Positions 59,695 through 64,000 of a stretch of 64,000 nt of DNA are shown piece by piece. The stretch comes from Sporopachydermia quercuum. Its lineage: Eukaryota. A model generated the notes under the pieces. It was not told the DNA's origin and searched no databases. It was given only the letters and a program-made list of their open reading frames with translations. A program made the position numbers and the translations under genes. Numbering within the stretch: position 1 is the first letter of the stretch; the number at the start of each line of letters is the position of its first letter. The stretch spans positions 930,001 to 994,000 of the forward strand of contig BCGN01000006.1 in assembly GCA_001599295.1 (NCBI GenBank). The letters are read 5' to 3'.

Positions 59695-61275
59695 ATGCTA
59701 CGACCACGTCTATCATCCAGGCTATTAAACCCAATCAGAAGCCGTGGATTCTCTTCGGCTTCTGCTATTTCCTCCGCTATTGCTTCCNGCATTTCTTCCG
59801 CCTCAGGACCATCATCACACTCAACGTCTCAGTCAAAAACATTTCAGGACTCGTACAGCATTACGACCTTATCCAACGGTGTCACGGTAGCATCCCAGCA
59901 TTCTCCTTACTATTACACTAACGCCGGTGTTTATATCAATGCGGGATCTCGCTATGAGGATGAATCACTGCGTGGTTGTAGTCACGTGCTGGATAGAATG
60001 GCCTATCTGTCTACATCGAGAATGTCAAGCGAGGAAATCAGCCGAAAGCTAGAACTAGCAGGCGGAACACATACGTGCGCTTCATCCCGTGAAGCCATGA
60101 TGTATCAAATAACCGCGCACAATAATGCAGTTCGGGATATGATGCAACTGTTAGCCGACACGGTAGTTTCTCCTCAATTGACCGAGACGGAATTAGCCGA
60201 GCAGAAGAAAAGCATAGAGTTTGAGGTGAAATCCATCTGGGAACAATCGGATCTAATTTTGCCCGAATTGGTGCATATGGCCGCATTTATTGATAACACT
60301 TTAGGCAATCCCTTACTTTGTCCTGTTGAACGGATTCCGTTGATTACCCGGGACACCCTTTTGGACTACAGAGCTAGGTTATATCGGCCAGAGAGAATTG
60401 TTGTAGCGTTTGTTGGAGTAGATCACGCTGCAGCAGTAGAAATAACCGAAGAAAACTTCGGCGTTATGCCAAAATCGGAAACTCCTCCCGACCCTACTTT
60501 GTCCCAAAAGCCTCTATACACCGGTGGAGAAATTTGTATCCCCTCCGTTCCGCCTATCGGTAATTTACAGGAGTTTGTACATCTCCATATAGCATTTGAA
60601 GGCTTAGCTATTGATCATCCCGACATTTATGCTTTGGCAACGCTTCAGTGTCTCTTGGGAGGTGGTGGCTCATTCTCGGCTGGTGGTCCTGGCAAAGGAA
60701 TGTATTCTCGGCTTTATACTAACGTGTTGAACCAATTAGGCTATATTGACCATTGCCGGGCATTCCATCATTCTTTCTCGGACTCGGGATTATTCGGAAT
60801 CGCTATTTCCGGTGTTCCAAACGCAGCTCCGTATCTTGCTGATATCATATGTAGACAAATGGCTATCCTATTCGACGGGTCCCAAGACTTAACTGTAGCC
60901 GAAGTAGAAAGAGCCAAGCATCAGTTGAGATCTTCGCTGTTAATGAACTTAGAATCAAGGCTAGTACAAGTGGAAGATCTCGGAAGACAAGTTCAAGTCT
61001 TAGGCAAACGGATACCTCTTGAGGAAACTTCAGCCCAGATAGATAAAATAACCGTGGATGATCTGAAAAGAGTAGCCCAGACGGTATTTACCGGTAAAGC
61101 AAGTGAAACAGGGTTTGGAAGACCTACGATAGTTATGCAAGGTCCACGTGATACTTTCGGAGATGTTGAAGCTGTAGTCAAGAAGTACGGATTGGGTAGT
61201 TTTGCCAACAGTGGGGCAAATGTAGAGAATGTGGGGAATGTGAAGCCACCCAAGAAATTCGGTAGGTTTTTCTAA
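59695..61275 (+). CDS. MAS2: Mitochondrial processing peptidase alpha subunit
   Basis: Arg/Ser-rich presequence MLRPRLSSRLLNPIRSRGFS, AGSRYE, glycine-rich loop LLGGGGSFSAGGPGKGMYSRLY, SLLMNLES. ATG at 59695. Confidence 0.95.
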   Translation: MLRPRLSSRLLNPIRSRGFSSASAISSAIASXISSASGPSSHSTSQSKTFQDSYSITTLSNGVTVASQHSPYYYTNAGVYINAGSRYEDESLRGCSHVLDRMAYLSTSRMSSEEISRKLELAGGTHTCASSREAMMYQITAHNNAVRDMMQLLADTVVSPQLTETELAEQKKSIEFEVKSIWEQSDLILPELVHMAAFIDNTLGNPLLCPVERIPLITRDTLLDYRARLYRPERIVVAFVGVDHAAAVEITEENFGVMPKSETPPDPTLSQKPLYTGGEICIPSVPPIGNLQEFVHLHIAFEGLAIDHPDIYALATLQCLLGGGGSFSAGGPGKGMYSRLYTNVLNQLGYIDHCRAFHHSFSDSGLFGIAISGVPNAAPYLADIICRQMAILFDGSQDLTVAEVERAKHQLRSSLLMNLESRLVQVEDLGRQVQVLGKRIPLEETSAQIDKITVDDLKRVAQTVFTGKASETGFGRPTIVMQGPRDTFGDVEAVVKKYGLGSFANSGANVENVGNVKPPKKFGRFF

Positions 61276-61706
61276 CAATTATGTGGCGTGGAAGAAGATG
61301 GGGGTCAAAGAAGAAGAACGTTTATTGGTCATTTTCCAATTTTAGAATGAAGTGGATGATAATTTGATGATAGAATTCTATTCGTTGTAATAAGTATTTA
61401 TCGGCAAGGTGACAAAGCTTCACCAGTTGCATAAAACAATTAGAATGATCAAACGCTTTTAAGTATCTTTGGAACGCAATCCAAATCGATGAATTATCTG
61501 TAAATAACAAACATTTATCAGAAGTACTCCTTGCTGGTGTTACTACTTTTATCATGTTTATTTCGGTTCATCAAGCTCAGAGGATAGTTAGTTTTAGCTA
61601 TTGTTTTCAGAACGTATAATGTTTCATTATTAAACAGAACTGAAGAATGAAGGTACAATATGATTAGTATTATTATTAGTATCACTGTACTAAGATAGTT
61701 AGATAA

Positions 61707-61740
61707 TGTAGTGACACGTACTGACATGTACTGACATGTA
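61707..61740. repeat. Three imperfect tandem 10-mers (STGACAYGTA)
   Basis: tgta-gtgacacgta-ctgacatgta-ctgacatgta. Confidence 0.8.
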
Positions 61741-63082
61741 AAGGTTTTTGTGAAACACTTATCGGAATATAAACAACCTGTTTATCTATTGTATAGAGAA
61801 ACATTCCTTCCAAGATTTATAATGAATATTACATNGGTATTCGGCGGTTACGATCACCGTAAAAACATAATAGGGAAAAGAAATGGTGATTTGTGATTCG
61901 TCTTCATGCTATCAGGATACTGTTGCTACATCCGATATGAACAGTAGGATCAAAGGAGGACCAACTATGTTCAAGTCCTCTATTCCTCGAAAGCAGTTAT
62001 CAATGTATGTTCAAGTATCTNGCTCGTATAAAGGAATCTACTCCTAAGACATGGTGATACTATAATACTGTAGTATATACAAACTTGACCTTAATTTTAT
62101 GATATGGCCTAGAACAGTAGAGTCAATTCAAGACAGTAATGTAGTCCATGCCCACCATCTATCATCTAGGAAGCATTTCGCATCGTCCCCAGAGAACAAC
62201 GCGGTACTATCAACAATTTCAGCCAATTAATGTACCGTAGAACTATTACTACTCTTGAACCAAATGCTCCTACAAAGAAGCATAGACCACTCTCGAAACC
62301 AAAGCTGATCCTTTTGCTACCAGAGGCAACGAGGACAGAATCTCATCAGTTTAATTGGTTCTCATCCTTATCTAGAACTGTCTGTCGGGCTACAAGAAGA
62401 ATATCACATGAGACCAGCGAAAGGTAAATAAACTCCTGATATCAATACGTATTGATGGTAGGAGTAACTCAGGATTCTTCGATAAGCTTATAGCATTATT
62501 GTCGGATTATTTTCTCACACATAATTCATAAAAGTACAGCAATGGATTGTGTAAATAATCAAACAGTAAATTCATTAAGTATTACTATATCATTATTGGA
62601 TCATAACATAATCATTATGACATAACGCCTGATATTTCACCCTTGTTCATTATCATTCTGGCAGTATTGATTTCCATTATTTCGCTATTGGCAGTATTCT
62701 GAAAGGTTGAGAGACGGTAAAGTACTCTGATGGATCATTGATCATTTTGAATTCGATCTTATAGCCTGGAATCAGTATGCAAGAGATGGGTTTATTGTTT
62801 TTGCTAGAGTTCTCATAGTCATNTTCTGTATATTTCTATGGCTGACAACCAAAGCAAACATAACATGGTAATTCAACAGTCGATGATTAAGTCCACTCAA
62901 GGCACTCCACTCTGTGCATTCCAGTCCTCTCCAGCCTTCTTGCTTTCTATCTTACTTCTTGGATGATCCTTATGGATAAGGTTTTTGCTTGTTCTGAAGA
63001 TTTAGTCAACCATCACCATTAGCCAGCGCACATAANAAGCTAGAATCAATACATACCCACTCATCTAGACCTATTCTTCCGG

Positions 63083-64000
63083 CTAGATAGTGGAGAGCAT
63101 CCGACATCTTACAACATCGTTACTCCCAGGGTTCCCGGCGGCAAAATCTTCTATATACAGGGTCCCTTTACGATCTATCACATATAACCTTCTGCCATTA
63201 TTTCCAAACTGTAAAGCTGCTGCTTCACTCACTCTGGTAGCATTAGTTACAGCGTCTATAACTACCACTCTTTTCCTCTCATGATCCATATTGGGGCTAT
63301 GCATAAGGTAAACTTGGCCAGATCTATCCAGAAGGGCAACAGTATCTCCACGGGGAGAAACAGCTGCTCGATGGATTCCAGAGCCAACTTCGTCAACTCT
63401 CAGCATCATCGCTGGTTGGGCCACAGCTTGCACTCCTTGCGTGACAGATATCTTAGAATCGATTATAATAGGGGGTGAATTGAAAGCTACAGACGTGACT
63501 GCGATGTATCTGTTATTAGGGAAAACCTCCACACAGGTGATACCTTCTGACTCTAAGGATGTGTCTAGTGAACGTAGGGATTTCATTACCAACCGGGGTT
63601 CTTTAGGATTTCTAACAGAGATAACCATAAATCGATTCTCCAGCACCGTAGAACACGATAAAAGCCCATTATCAGGAGAAAACTTGAGAGTGTTTACTGG
63701 ATCTCTGTAAGGAAGAGTGATAGTCACTGGCTTTATATTCTGATTAGCATCACCAGTGGTAGACTTGGAGGAGCTGGAATTCAAGCTTTTCCTGCTGGAT
63801 TCTGCAGGATTCTGAGCTTGAGTCCGAGTCAGTAGTCTCAGATCATGTAGAACAATCAACGGCTGATCTTGCTTCACTTTCTTATGCCTCCCAGTAACAC
63901 CAATTGCAACTAGGCTGCTGTCGTTGGCTATTGCTACACATCTAATAGCAAATGACGAATAGTACGTATAAATACATTTGCCCTTATCGTTTAAATCAAA
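63083..64000 (-). CDS. PTR3: SPS amino-acid sensor component Ptr3, C-terminal part (5' end outside window)
   Basis: Frame is open to the window edge; WD-like segments ITLPYRDPVNTLKFSPD, SLDTSLESEGIT, SPRGDTVALLDRSGQVYLM. Confidence 0.8.
   Translation of the reverse strand, partial: FDLNDKGKCIYTYYSSFAIRCVAIANDSSLVAIGVTGRHKKVKQDQPLIVLHDLRLLTRTQAQNPAESSRKSLNSSSSKSTTGDANQNIKPVTITLPYRDPVNTLKFSPDNGLLSCSTVLENRFMVISVRNPKEPRLVMKSLRSLDTSLESEGITCVEVFPNNRYIAVTSVAFNSPPIIIDSKISVTQGVQAVAQPAMMLRVDEVGSGIHRAAVSPRGDTVALLDRSGQVYLMHSPNMDHERKRVVVIDAVTNATRVSEAAALQFGNNGRRLYVIDRKGTLYIEDFAAGNPGSNDVVRCRMLSTI

Noticed and set aside
61518..61574. Minus-strand TGATGA...CTGA pair as a C/D snoRNA
   Set aside because: Only about 57 nt, no clear terminal stem, and I could not match a guide to rRNA.

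Overview
A 64-kb, AT-rich budding-yeast (Saccharomycotina) chromosomal segment read in the standard code (CTG sits at invariant Leu positions in both MAP kinases). It holds one tRNA-Gly(GCC) and about 23 protein-coding genes: an ELO-family elongase, KSS1/CEK1, ASI1/3-like, AAT2, a VBA-like MFS, CSN6, YER034W-like, ARB1, a Ser-rich ORF at the FIR1 position, ZRG8-like, a WW microprotein, PKR1, a small MAPR/cytochrome-b5-like protein, SLT2, VTC2, IES1, EPO1-like, DAP2, RPN1, VMA16, THR1, MAS2 and the 3' part of PTR3. Five genes need splicing that the ORF track misses; six introns were reconstructed by hand. Gene order preserves pieces of several S. cerevisiae neighbourhoods. I found no mobile element, CRISPR array or clearly novel multi-gene system; this is core genome. 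The best leads are an Aven-like motif pair in the YER034W-like protein next to ARB1, a recognisable CSN6, out-of-frame alternative 3' splice sites in SLT2 and CSN6, a hairpin-flanked WW microprotein, TGACA clusters either side of MAS2, and a GC/ambiguity shift at the right end. Gene names come from recalled motifs and synteny, not database searches.
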